DNA from: a virus
Taxonomy: Duplodnaviria; Heunggongvirae; Uroviricota; Caudoviricetes
Direction: 5' to 3' (one strand)
IMG/VR virus record: IMGVR_UViG_3300033804_000036
DNA length: 64,000 nucleotides
The position numbers and the translations under genes were made by a program. Positions within the stretch are counted from its first letter, which is position 1. Each line of letters begins with the position of its first letter. A model generated the notes under the pieces. It searched no databases. It worked only from the letters and a program-made list of their open reading frames with translations, and was not told the DNA's origin. Below, one piece after another: positions 46,343-53,756 of the stretch.

Positions 46343-46415
46343 TGGAGAGGATGGGAATTGAACCCATGATAACGGCCTCTTCAGGACCGCGCCTTCCCTC
46401 TTGGCGACCTCTCCG
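46343..46415 (-). tRNA. tRNA-Phe(GAA)
   Basis: Acceptor ggagagg/cctctcc. Anticodon arm CGGTC-CTGAAGA-GGCCG. Confidence 0.6.
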
Positions 46416-46417
46416 AG

Positions 46418-46490
46418 CGCCGCCCGATGGAGTCGAACCATCACCTTCTGGCTCAACAGGCCAGCGCACTACCATTTATGCTAAGGCGGC
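46418..46490 (-). tRNA. tRNA-Asn(GTT)
   Basis: T-arm gatgg-agtcgaa-ccatc. Anticodon arm ctggc-tcaacag-gccag (RC loop CTGTTGA). Confidence 0.6.
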
Positions 46491-46494
46491 ATAG

Positions 46495-46568
46495 TAGGCG
46501 AGGGGCGACTCGAACGCCCACTACCGACTTATAAGGACGGCGTGCACAGCCACGTACACTACTCGCCC
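46495..46568 (-). tRNA. tRNA, anticodon unresolved (possibly TAT)
   Basis: Clear T-arm gggcg-actcgaa-cgccc and a 7-bp acceptor. The anticodon arm has a mismatch. Confidence 0.4.
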
Positions 46569-46592
46569 ACTTGTGGTGCGTTACGCACCGAG

Positions 46593-46663
46593 TGCACTCG
46601 GCGGGAATTGAACCCGCGTCTCCGCCATGGCAAGGCGACATCTTACCACTGGACCACGAGTGC
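46593..46663 (-). tRNA. tRNA-Gly(GCC)
   Basis: Perfect acceptor gcactcg/cgagtgc. Loop RC TTGCCAT. Confidence 0.55.
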
Positions 46664-46667
46664 TTGG

Positions 46668-46783
46668 GGCCGGTGGAGAGATTTGAACTCTCATCTTGCT
46701 GCTTACTCGGCAGGTACATGCTTACGATCTGCGTAAGGCGCTGCTTACAATGCAGGCGCTCTAACCATTGAAGCTACACCGGC
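46668..46783 (-). tRNA. tRNA-Thr(TGT) with a ~42-nt intron
   Basis: Acceptor gccggtg/caccggc, T-arm gagag-atttgaa-ctctc. Loop ATTGTAA. Internal hairpins. Confidence 0.5.
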
Positions 46784-46787
46784 ACAG

Positions 46788-46861
46788 TGGGGATACTTGG
46801 ATTTGAACCAAGATCAACGGTTCTGGAGACCGCCATGCTAATCCGTTGGCACCATATCCCC
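46788..46861 (-). tRNA. tRNA-Trp(CCA)
   Basis: Acceptor ggggata/tatcccc. Anticodon stem cggt/accg. Loop RC CTCCAGA. Confidence 0.55.
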
Positions 46862-46890
46862 TTTTGCCTCAGAGATTCATCACAGGCGGA

Positions 46891-47038
46891 TAGGCGCGGA
46901 AGGAGTTGAACCTTCGTTAATTGCTTTCTTGGTTCCATGCTGGGGTGTCATCCCTCTTACCACGCCACGTCTACGTTTCCGACTAGCGACCAACACGAAA
47001 CTTGTAAGGCAAATGTCCTACCGTTAGACCACGCGCCT
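46891..47038 (-). tRNA. tRNA-Val(TAC) with a ~77-nt intron
   Basis: Acceptor aggcgcg/cgcgcct, T-arm gaagg-agttgaa-ccttc. Loop CTTACA plus intron. Confidence 0.45.
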
Positions 47039-47045
47039 GCTATGG

Positions 47046-47320
47046 TAGCCCCGGAGAGAATCGAACTCTCGTCATCGGCTTTCTCCAGCGTTATCGGAAG
47101 AGGCTGACACCAGCACGGTTTCTGCGCACCGTACCGCACGCTCCCCAGTACCGACACTTCCTGGGACTTAGGTTAGGCACATACCTCCTTTGCCGACGCA
47201 TCCAAAGGCTTATGCCCTCGTTAAGACACACCTCTTAGTCGCCCACAGAGGATTCTGGTACTACCAGAGCGTCAAAGTCTTTCAGAGGCCGACATCCTTT
47301 TCCAGTTGGACTACGGGGCT
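47046..47320 (-). tRNA. tRNA-Gln(CTG) with a ~200-nt intron
   Basis: 3' half 47047-47079: acceptor agccccg, T-arm gagag-aatcgaa-ctctc, stem TCGGC. 5' half 47281-47320: cggggct acceptor, D-arm GTCC/GGAT, stem GCCGA, loop CTCTGA. Confidence 0.5.
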
Positions 47321-47459
47321 GCGAAACTAGACGCGCTCAACCTCAGGGAACTAACAACGTGCCATAAGGCAAAGGCTCTTTTTGTAGCCACGTTCTGTTG
47401 CCCTGCTTGTACTGGCTACCATCGGATATGTCATCTAGTTTTCTTCAGGCGCGTCGGAG

Positions 47460-47530
47460 TGCAGGATCCGCGAGTTGAACGCGGGTCTTAGCCTTGGAGG
47501 GGCCACGTCCTACCACTAGACTAATCCTGC
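47460..47530 (-). tRNA. tRNA, anticodon uncertain (loop CCUCCAA; Gly-TCC with C33?)
   Basis: Perfect acceptor gcaggat/atcctgc, T-arm ccgcg-agttgaa-cgcgg. Confidence 0.45.
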
Positions 47531-47548
47531 AAGTAGACTGCCTGCAAG

Positions 47549-47620
47549 TAGGCGTGGTCGGGGTTGAACCGACACATACAGCTTATCAGACTGTTGTGCA
47601 GACCAGCTACACCACACGCC
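47549..47620 (-). tRNA. tRNA-Ile(GAT)
   Basis: T-arm gtcgg-ggttgaa-ccgac. Anticodon arm acagc-ttatcag-actgt (RC loop CTGATAA). Confidence 0.55.
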
Positions 47621-47624
47621 CATA

Positions 47625-47771
47625 TACAGAGGAGAGGATTTGAACCTCCGTTCTCAAGGTTTCTCGCATCTCAATCGGCTAGGGATGCACGGCTAGTTCC
47701 TAGCAACCATCTAACGTGCTTCCATGAGATGTTATGAGCCTTGCGGGATAGCCTGACTACCCTACCTCTGT
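47625..47771 (-). tRNA. tRNA-Met(CAT) with a ~72-nt intron and an A1:U72 acceptor
   Basis: Acceptor acagagg/cctctgt. Anticodon stem caagg/ccttg. Loop CTCATAA. Confidence 0.5.
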
Positions 47772-47783
47772 TCGTTATTTTGG

Positions 47784-47929
47784 CGCTGGGTAGCGGATTT
47801 GGACCGCTGGTACCTTTTTGGGGTACATCAGATTTCTGCGGCCTCCATTCGAGTTACGCCCTTGTGAAGCGTTCAAGTCTCGTCTTGCCCATAGCAATCT
47901 GACGCATTAAGCCGCTCTGCCAACCCAGC
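47784..47929 (-). tRNA. tRNA-Ser(GCT), type II, with a ~58-nt intron
   Basis: Acceptor gctgggt/acccagc. Variable-arm hairpin GTACC-ccaaaaa-GGTAC. Anticodon stem TCAGA/TCTGA. Loop TTGCTA. Confidence 0.5.
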
Positions 47930-47947
47930 ACTTATATTTTTTGGTCA

Positions 47948-48108
47948 TAGTGGGGGTGGGATTCGAACCCACGCGTTGGCCCCTACGGGAAGAGGTTTCT
48001 CACAGGCTGAACAGTCGTTCTTAGCCGTCCTTAGCATCGAGCCTACGACTTGAGCTTCGAGCTTTAGTCTTAAGCCTCTCGCTTTCAGCCATGCTTAGCT
48101 ACCCCACT
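47948..48108 (-). tRNA. tRNA-Leu(TAA), type II, with a ~72-nt intron
   Basis: Acceptor agtgggg/ccccact. Variable arm TCCCGTAGGGG. Anticodon stem AGAGG/CCTCT. Loop CTTAAGA. Confidence 0.5.
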
Positions 48109-48470
48109 ACATTGTCTGGCAACCATTTTATGTCCCAATGATCTTCAATACCTCTTAACCTTGTCAAACAATGCCACGCATTGCATACTCTACAGGTTAG
48201 TTCCAGTTCATCTTTGTTTTGTTTTCCGTTCAGTATCGCAAAGTAGAATGCTCTTCGTGTCTGCCACTTCTTCCTTTTATGTCCGCCTCCGTTCTTATGG
48301 TTAATTTCCAAAGCTTCGGATATATCGCAACCACAATACACGCATTTTCCTCCAAGGAAAGCAAGCACGCGTTTTCTGAGCATCCGTCCATATTCGGCTC
48401 TTTGTAGTCTTCTTTTTCTTTGCCATTCTTTTTGATAGACTCTGTTTACTTCTCTATCAGCGTATGGCAT
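48099..48470 (-). CDS. HNH endonuclease
   Basis: CVYCGC ... EINHKNGGGH ... CRVCN. Overlaps the 5' end of tRNA-Leu. Confidence 0.65.
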   Translation of the reverse strand: MPYADREVNRVYQKEWQRKRRLQRAEYGRMLRKRVLAFLGGKCVYCGCDISEALEINHKNGGGHKRKKWQTRRAFYFAILNGKQNKDELELTCRVCNAWHCLTRLRGIEDHWDIKWLPDNVVG

Positions 48471-48520
48471 GAAAGAGGATATGGGTTCGACGGTATTAAG
48501 GTTATTGTTGAACCTTGTGG

Positions 48521-48642
48521 CGGATCCGGCGGGATTTGAACCCGCGAGTGGGAGCTATCCCTGCCCATTGTTTAAGGGGATCAGGCTTAAAGGGTTCAGG
48601 CTTCGCTGTCTCCTGCCTTAGACCTTACTGGGCGACGGATCC
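48521..48642 (-). tRNA. tRNA, intron-containing, anticodon unresolved
   Basis: Perfect acceptor ggatccg/cggatcc, T-arm gcggg-atttgaa-cccgc. Middle contains repeated GGGGATCAGGCTT / GGGTTCAGGCTT. Confidence 0.4.
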
Positions 48643-48650
48643 ATGTTTGG

Positions 48651-48816
48651 CGGGTGCGGAGAGATTTGAACTCTCGATCTGGAGGTTTCTCCAGTTCCTA
48701 ACTTTCGTAGCGTCAGGCTATTTCGGGTAATATCAACCTATCGAAGCATCAGGCTCTCAGAAGCTTCAGGTTTCTTTAGGAACCTCCTGCCTTCTTCCGA
48801 GCTAGGCGACGCACCC
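48651..48816 (-). tRNA. tRNA-Arg(CCT) with a ~90-nt intron
   Basis: Acceptor gggtgcg/cgcaccc. D-arm GCCT/AGGC. Anticodon stem GGAGG/CCTCC. Loop TTCCTAA. Confidence 0.5.
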
Positions 48817-48820
48817 TTGG

Positions 48821-49407
48821 TGGTCCCTCCGGGATTCGGACCCGGCTCGTTAGGTATGAAGTCTGATGTTTCGATATATCGTGGTCCAATTCCACTTCAG
48901 GTACTTCATGCAGAAGTGAACTCCGATGTGACACCAGTAGCATAGACGAACCCATTCGTCTGGTTCTAACAGTGCACGACGGAGTTCCGCTAAGGAATAA
49001 CTATGCTTTTTTCCATCTTTTCTATGGAGACTTAGTCTGTATTTACTGTTATCGCAGAGGATACACTTAGTTCCCCATACGATATCTCTCTGTTTCTTTA
49101 ATGTCTCCTTATACTGTCGTGTGCATTCGTTATTTGCAATTCTACGCTCCTCGAGGTTCTGTTTTTCACGTTTAATAGTAGTTCGCGTTGGAAGACCAAG
49201 TTTTTTCCTCTTGTACCACTCTCGTTGGTAGGTTCGTTTTGTTTCTCTATCTTTGAAAGGCATGAACTACTTATGGTTTTGAACCCTTATTAGTCTTTCG
49301 AACCCATCAGATGTCTTCCGTTCTGGATGAAAGCATCGTCCTCTCGTTGAGAGCCTAACATCCTTAGACGGCAAATTGTGCCTTTGTCCAGAATAGACTA
49401 AGGGACC
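48821..49407 (-). tRNA. tRNA-Glu(CTC) split by a ~490-nt intron enclosing an HNH gene. A second short insertion near the D-arm is possible
   Basis: 3' part 48822-48854: acceptor ggtccct, T-arm ccggg-attcgga-cccgg, stem ttagg. 5' part 49347-49407: stem cctaa, loop CTCTCAA, acceptor agggacc. Confidence 0.45.
48850..49263 (-). CDS. HNH endonuclease inside the putative tRNA-Glu intron
   Basis: CILCDN ... SLHRKDGKKH ... CYWCH. Same strand as the tRNA. Confidence 0.6.
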   Translation of the reverse strand: MPFKDRETKRTYQREWYKRKKLGLPTRTTIKREKQNLEERRIANNECTRQYKETLKKQRDIVWGTKCILCDNSKYRLSLHRKDGKKHSYSLAELRRALLEPDEWVRLCYWCHIGVHFCMKYLKWNWTTIYRNIRLHT

Positions 49408-49411
49408 GAGA

Positions 49412-49484
49412 GCGAGGTGCACGATTTGAACGTGCGAATATCGGTGTTGCGGACCGACGTGTTAACCATACTTCACCAACCCCG
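49412..49484 (-). tRNA. tRNA-Cys(GCA)? (loop CCGCAAC has C33)
   Basis: T-arm gcacg-atttgaa-cgtgc. Anticodon stem tcggt/accga. Confidence 0.45.
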
Positions 49485-49492
49485 CTTGAATT

Positions 49493-49586
49493 GTGGTGGA
49501 AGCTGGCGGATTCGAACCGCCGATCTTCTGCTGTTTTGGGATTGTTGTCCTTGCAAAGCAGTTGCTCTACCTCTGAGCTAAGCCCC
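49493..49586 (-). tRNA. tRNA-Ala(TGC) with a ~19-nt intron, CCA encoded, G3:U70
   Basis: RC reads GGGGGCT-TA-GCTCagaggtaGAGC-A-ACTGC-TTTGCA[intron]A-GCAGA ... GGCGG-TTCGAAT-CCGCC-AGCTTCC-A-CCA. Confidence 0.6.
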
Positions 49587-49780
49587 CATTAAAAACGGAT
49601 GCAAGGGAAATTCAACGTGGACTTAACCGCTTTTACTGGGCGGCTGACGCTTCAGAGTCTTGTGTTTTATGCTGTGGTCTACTCAGGCGGTTTAATCCGC
49701 CCTCCTTACATGAGAAGACTATAGACCCTTGCATGAAACACATTTTCAGTCCACTTAGCTTCAAGAGTGGCAGTTTCATG

Positions 49781-49930
49781 TATTTAAGGTTTGTGTGGAC
49801 AGGTTGTCCGATGGAAAATGATGGATTTGGTCGGACTTGTCCGGAAAAAGTCCGATATTTGACGGTGATACGTGGAAAGCAAAGCTTTTAAGCTGAACCT
49901 TGTTATAAGTGTTATAAGTGAAGGAGGACC
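49781..49930 (+). promoter_or_regulatory. Promoter/operator-like region with dyad repeats and a tandem 9-mer
   Basis: tatttaagg (TATA-like). GTGGACAGGTTGTCCG, GGTCGGACTTGTCCGG, GTCCGATATTTGACGG. Tandem GTTATAAGT x2. Then a GGAGG SD before the 49934 ATG. Confidence 0.45.
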
Positions 49931-49933
49931 AAC

Positions 49934-50134
49934 ATGGCTCAAGGGTTCACTCTCAAAGAAGACGTTCGCAAACTCATGCCTGAAAGGATTGCCAAGCTTG
50001 AAACGCTGTTCAAAGTTGCCCAGGACTTTGTGCGTGTGAACTATGTCTGCAAAGAGGTTTACGACAGGAACATAAAGATCCTCGCCACGATGAATCAACT
50101 CATTGAACTGGAAAAAATGGAGCGGAAAGGGTAG
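49934..50134 (+). CDS. Hypothetical protein, 66 aa
   Basis: aaggagg SD. Preferred over the overlapping antisense ORF. Confidence 0.4.
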   Translation: MAQGFTLKEDVRKLMPERIAKLETLFKVAQDFVRVNYVCKEVYDRNIKILATMNQLIELEKMERKG

Positions 50135-50307
50135 TAGTCGGGTGCAGGGTCCGATTTTGCGGGTTGCGCCGCCAAAGTTGGTTCTCCCCCTGTGCCTGAT
50201 TACTATCCCTGCTCAAAATGGGCGCGTAGCTAGTTCGGACATTTACTCTTTTAGTTGAAATCAGTTATAAATCTTGCTAGACAAATAGGGTTTGGAAGGC
50301 GAAAACT

Positions 50308-50862
50308 GTGTCGTCACAAGTTCAGTACAGTCGAACTGAAGGAGAATTGACGAGGGCGCAGGTTCGTCTGCTGGACCAGAGGACTAGAGGGGTTATTGGA
50401 CAGGCAGAGTTTGAAAGGCGGGCGCGTCGTTCAGGTATAAAGAATCCTGAACGTTTGCTGGGCGAGTATCAGCGTGGCGAGATACAGTGGCAACTGCCAG
50501 TGCCTTTGTATGTTAACGTGGAGTATGTGCGGTATTACAAGTATGAAGATTCAGATCAGCCGCGTTATAAATGGAGGCATTTTGAAGCTCGAGGCGTTTT
50601 CACTGTTCCGTCAGGGGTGGATCCGAATAAAGCTTCTATTCTAGATTATATTGCAGGGTTGATGGATGATGCCATGAACAAGCTGGGCATTGGCATCGAC
50701 GAGTTTCCGGACAGAGGCTGGGAGCCGAAGGAGGGCGGTGAGCCAACGGGGACGACGAGCAGCAGTTTCTCATCCAGCGTGCCCATAATGATTAATGATG
50801 TGCGGCGAGGCTACCTTTACGGCAGCCGTGCGTCAGTGGAGGAAGACGAGTTTGAAGAGTAG
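50308..50862 (+). CDS. Hypothetical protein, 184 aa
   Basis: Long ORF with a GTG start. Confidence 0.4.
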   Translation: MSSQVQYSRTEGELTRAQVRLLDQRTRGVIGQAEFERRARRSGIKNPERLLGEYQRGEIQWQLPVPLYVNVEYVRYYKYEDSDQPRYKWRHFEARGVFTVPSGVDPNKASILDYIAGLMDDAMNKLGIGIDEFPDRGWEPKEGGEPTGTTSSSFSSSVPIMINDVRRGYLYGSRASVEEDEFEE

Positions 50863-51232
50863 ATGGCGGGACAAACGTATCGGCATCGACTTGGACCGGC
50901 CAAGTCAACTGCGGCTGCTTGAAACCGTTGTCAACGCTAGAAACATGTTTCCAAAGTCAAAGATAGAGGTGAAAGCAACCGCACACGGCTTTCACATCCG
51001 CATCTTCAAAAAACACAGTGTAAAAGCCAATTTGGAAGTGCGTAGAATGCTGGGAGACGATCCTATGCGTATAGCGATTGACGAGAAACGGTTAACATGG
51101 GGACTAAGTTCATGGATAGACACGCTGTTCACGTTCAAAAGACAAAACGGCGTCATAAGTATGGAAGAAGACTGCAACATCTGGGCTTTGCCATTCGCGT
51201 CCAAGCTTCCATGTAGAAAGGTGAAAGCATGA
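50795..51232 (+). CDS. Hypothetical protein, 145 aa
   Basis: ORF overlapping the upstream gene by 68 nt. The start is uncertain. Confidence 0.3.
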   Translation: MMCGEATFTAAVRQWRKTSLKSRWRDKRIGIDLDRPSQLRLLETVVNARNMFPKSKIEVKATAHGFHIRIFKKHSVKANLEVRRMLGDDPMRIAIDEKRLTWGLSSWIDTLFTFKRQNGVISMEEDCNIWALPFASKLPCRKVKA

Positions 51233-51272
51233 CTGGAAAACCTCAAATAAAATTAAACGAATTCGGGAAGAT

Positions 51273-51611
51273 GTGTATGATGCACTGAAAAAACTTGATG
51301 AGGAGAGGGTTTTGACTGTTGGTGTTCCGTCGGAATTCAAAAGCACGTTGGAAAAAGCAGCCAAAAAAGAAAGCCTGTGTTTGCGAGAATACATAGGCGT
51401 TCATTTTTCCGAGTTGTTAATGCAAGAAAAAATAGAAGTACGTTCAGAGCAGGTTACAAGTAACGGGGTCACAGGCATAGAAAAGGTGCATCCCTGGCCA
51501 ATAGAGCCAGACCCAATTGAAACTGTGATTGAAGGACGCATGAAAGCCTTCCTAAAAAGCTTCAAGAAGAAAAAAGTCGGAAAGCCCTCTGGAGTCACTG
51601 AGGTATCATAG
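51273..51611 (+). CDS. Hypothetical protein, 112 aa
   Basis: ORF. Possible RHH-like N-terminus. Confidence 0.35.
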   Translation: MYDALKKLDEERVLTVGVPSEFKSTLEKAAKKESLCLREYIGVHFSELLMQEKIEVRSEQVTSNGVTGIEKVHPWPIEPDPIETVIEGRMKAFLKSFKKKKVGKPSGVTEVS

Positions 51612-51667
51612 GGTTGTGTTTGTCAACCGATCTGAACTTTCGACGCTGATGAAGTGCCAGAGAAGGA

Positions 51668-52492
51668 CTAGAATCGTTGTCCAGAAGCAACTTGGCCGCA
51701 ATAGTCGCATTGCTGTCCCGAACAGGAGTCACATGTGAAACGGCGGGAGCCTGTTCGTAGCGCAGCCCGCATTTCTCGGATGCATTTTCCAACTTTTTTC
51801 AGTCGTTGCCAAAACTGGATTTCTTCTTCGTTCACCATGGCTTTCAAGTCGTTCTGGTTTATTGACAGGTCAAAGCCGCCGGTTGTAAAGTAGGCGGCTC
51901 TGCTGTACGCGCATCCGCTTCCCAGCATACGCTGGCTTGCAGGCCAAAAGTCGGAAATATCAACTGTTGACGTTATGCTTCCTTCGCCGTAGATGGTTCG
52001 GAGAGCATGAAACAGATCATCGTCTATCCATGCACTACCACTCACGCCTACAACCTGCGGATCCTCGAAATGTCTGAGCAGCAGATTCACAAAGTTTGTG
52101 CCGTAATACGAGTCACCATCCACGGCGACAACGATGTCTCCGTCAACCTGTCGAAGCGCAGTGTCTATAGCCGTGAGTTTTCCGCGTGGAGCAGTGATGA
52201 CCCTGTCAGCCATTTCCTCTGCTACGTCGACTGTTCCATCTGTGCTTTCGCTGTCAACCACGACTATTTCAAAGTTGTCAGGGTAGGCAACGATTATGTT
52301 CTGGTTCCAGAGTGAACATAGAGCTTTTTCAACGTATGCAGCCTCATTCAACGTCGGCATCAACACTGTAACCTTGCCAATCTTACTCATGTCAGCCAAG
52401 CTAGCGTCCGTCACGTTCACCGAATTCGTCATTCGCGAATGCGAAACGGCTAAGCCTGCAAGTGTGCCGAGGGCAAACAGAGCAAGAGACAT
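51668..52492 (-). CDS. Family-2 glycosyltransferase (Dpm1-like) with an N-terminal signal anchor
   Basis: VLMPTLNEAAYVEKAL ... EIVVVDSESTDGT ... VDGDS (DxD). Confidence 0.7.
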   Translation of the reverse strand: MSLALFALGTLAGLAVSHSRMTNSVNVTDASLADMSKIGKVTVLMPTLNEAAYVEKALCSLWNQNIIVAYPDNFEIVVVDSESTDGTVDVAEEMADRVITAPRGKLTAIDTALRQVDGDIVVAVDGDSYYGTNFVNLLLRHFEDPQVVGVSGSAWIDDDLFHALRTIYGEGSITSTVDISDFWPASQRMLGSGCAYSRAAYFTTGGFDLSINQNDLKAMVNEEEIQFWQRLKKVGKCIREMRAALRTGSRRFTCDSCSGQQCDYCGQVASGQRF

Positions 52493-52842
52493 CTGCTATC
52501 AATAAAACTTTTATCCTAAAAGGTTTAAGAGTGTATCGGAGAACCAACAGGTGCCGAAGCTTCTGTTCATTAATGAGAATGCTGTTCTCATCCAATGCGA
52601 GTATGTTCCAATGTACAGCAACGACGAACAAGCGCAGTTAACTCAGGCCGCCGTGGTTGCAGGAAATATTTGTCGGCCAAAATGCGGATACTGGCGAGAT
52701 GCGGCCTTAAAGAATGAAACAGCTAGGAACAAAAGCAACGGACAAAGAGAATTCAAACTAATCTGCCTTCACCCAACCTCGCCCTATCTGCCTGAAACAA
52801 TAAAGAAACTTCGAGAAACAGGAAACATATAAAAAAAGGGAT

Positions 52843-53166
52843 TTAGGTTGGATGAGGCGTGGCTGCGGGGGTTGGCGTAGTTTTTGGACTTGCTGCCCCG
52901 GCGATTCTGTTGCCGAGGACGTCGATGCCTGCTCCACCTAAGAAGGCAGCTACGGCGAACAGAACGAAAGATGCAGTTCCAAGATCCACGTTGACAAGCG
53001 CGGTTGACGAAAAAACTGCGCCTGCAAGCACGGCTCTCAGCATTGACGAAGTGAATTTTCGAGCGTTGAAGACCTCTCCTGAGTCAAGCCAGCCTAATGC
53101 GGCGGAGAATAATGCGCCTGCTATGGCAAGTATGACGAAGACTGCTGTTTGTATATCTGTCAGCAT
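52843..53166 (-). CDS. Small integral membrane protein
   Basis: Three hydrophobic helices. Confidence 0.45.
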   Translation of the reverse strand: MLTDIQTAVFVILAIAGALFSAALGWLDSGEVFNARKFTSSMLRAVLAGAVFSSTALVNVDLGTASFVLFAVAAFLGGAGIDVLGNRIAGAASPKTTPTPAATPHPT

Positions 53167-53258
53167 TGTTGGTTCTCCATTACTGTATTAGCAGAGGTTG
53201 GATAAAATAGTTTCTGGTCTACTAAAAAAGGGAGAAGAAAAAATAGTTAGGAGGCTTC

Positions 53259-53732
53259 CTAAGCAGCCACCTTTTTGACCTCTGCGTCCATCACAGCGTC
53301 GAAGAATTCTAGAAGCCAGCCGATTACTTTAGCGCCGACGCCGATGATAACTACGCCGATAATCCATGTGAGTCCCGCTTGGATCACAGAGTTCATCGTG
53401 TAGGTTCCTGCGCTGAAGTAGGTGAACCAGACGATGAGGCTGAACAGCAACGCAACAAAGACTGCTAAGAGGTCCCATATTTTCCTCAAGCTTTCACCTC
53501 CAAGTTGGCTCTCCATGTAGAAACTGTGTCTTACACGCTTTTTAAGGCTATCTAAAAACAGATTGGAACCAAAAACTGTTATAAACGCTATAACAGCGCA
53601 GAGGGATTGAAAAGTTTTTAAATCGTTTAATACAAAAGAGTAGTTGGAGAACCAGATGGCTGTCAACGTAAGCATTATGAACGATGAAACAGTAGCTGTC
53701 TTCAACACTGTATCCGCGATTTTTCTGTTCAT
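53259..53732 (-). CDS. Integral membrane protein, 157 aa
   Basis: Four predicted TM helices. Confidence 0.5.
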   Translation of the reverse strand: MNRKIADTVLKTATVSSFIMLTLTAIWFSNYSFVLNDLKTFQSLCAVIAFITVFGSNLFLDSLKKRVRHSFYMESQLGGESLRKIWDLLAVFVALLFSLIVWFTYFSAGTYTMNSVIQAGLTWIIGVVIIGVGAKVIGWLLEFFDAVMDAEVKKVAA

Positions 53733-53756
53733 TCTATTTCATCGGAGAGAAAAAAC

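Noticed and set aside
46068-47491. ORFs 46068-46259(-), 46453-46719(-), 46542-46771(+), 46957-47157(-) and 47306-47491(+) inside the tRNA array
   Set aside because: They run across tRNA genes and introns. Their composition is driven by GC-rich tRNA stems, and there are no RBS motifs.
49784-50098. Minus-strand ORF 49784-50098 (104 aa) overlapping 49934-50134(+)
   Set aside because: The + ORF has a GGAGG SD and the upstream operator-like promoter region. The minus ORF spans that regulatory DNA and has no RBS.
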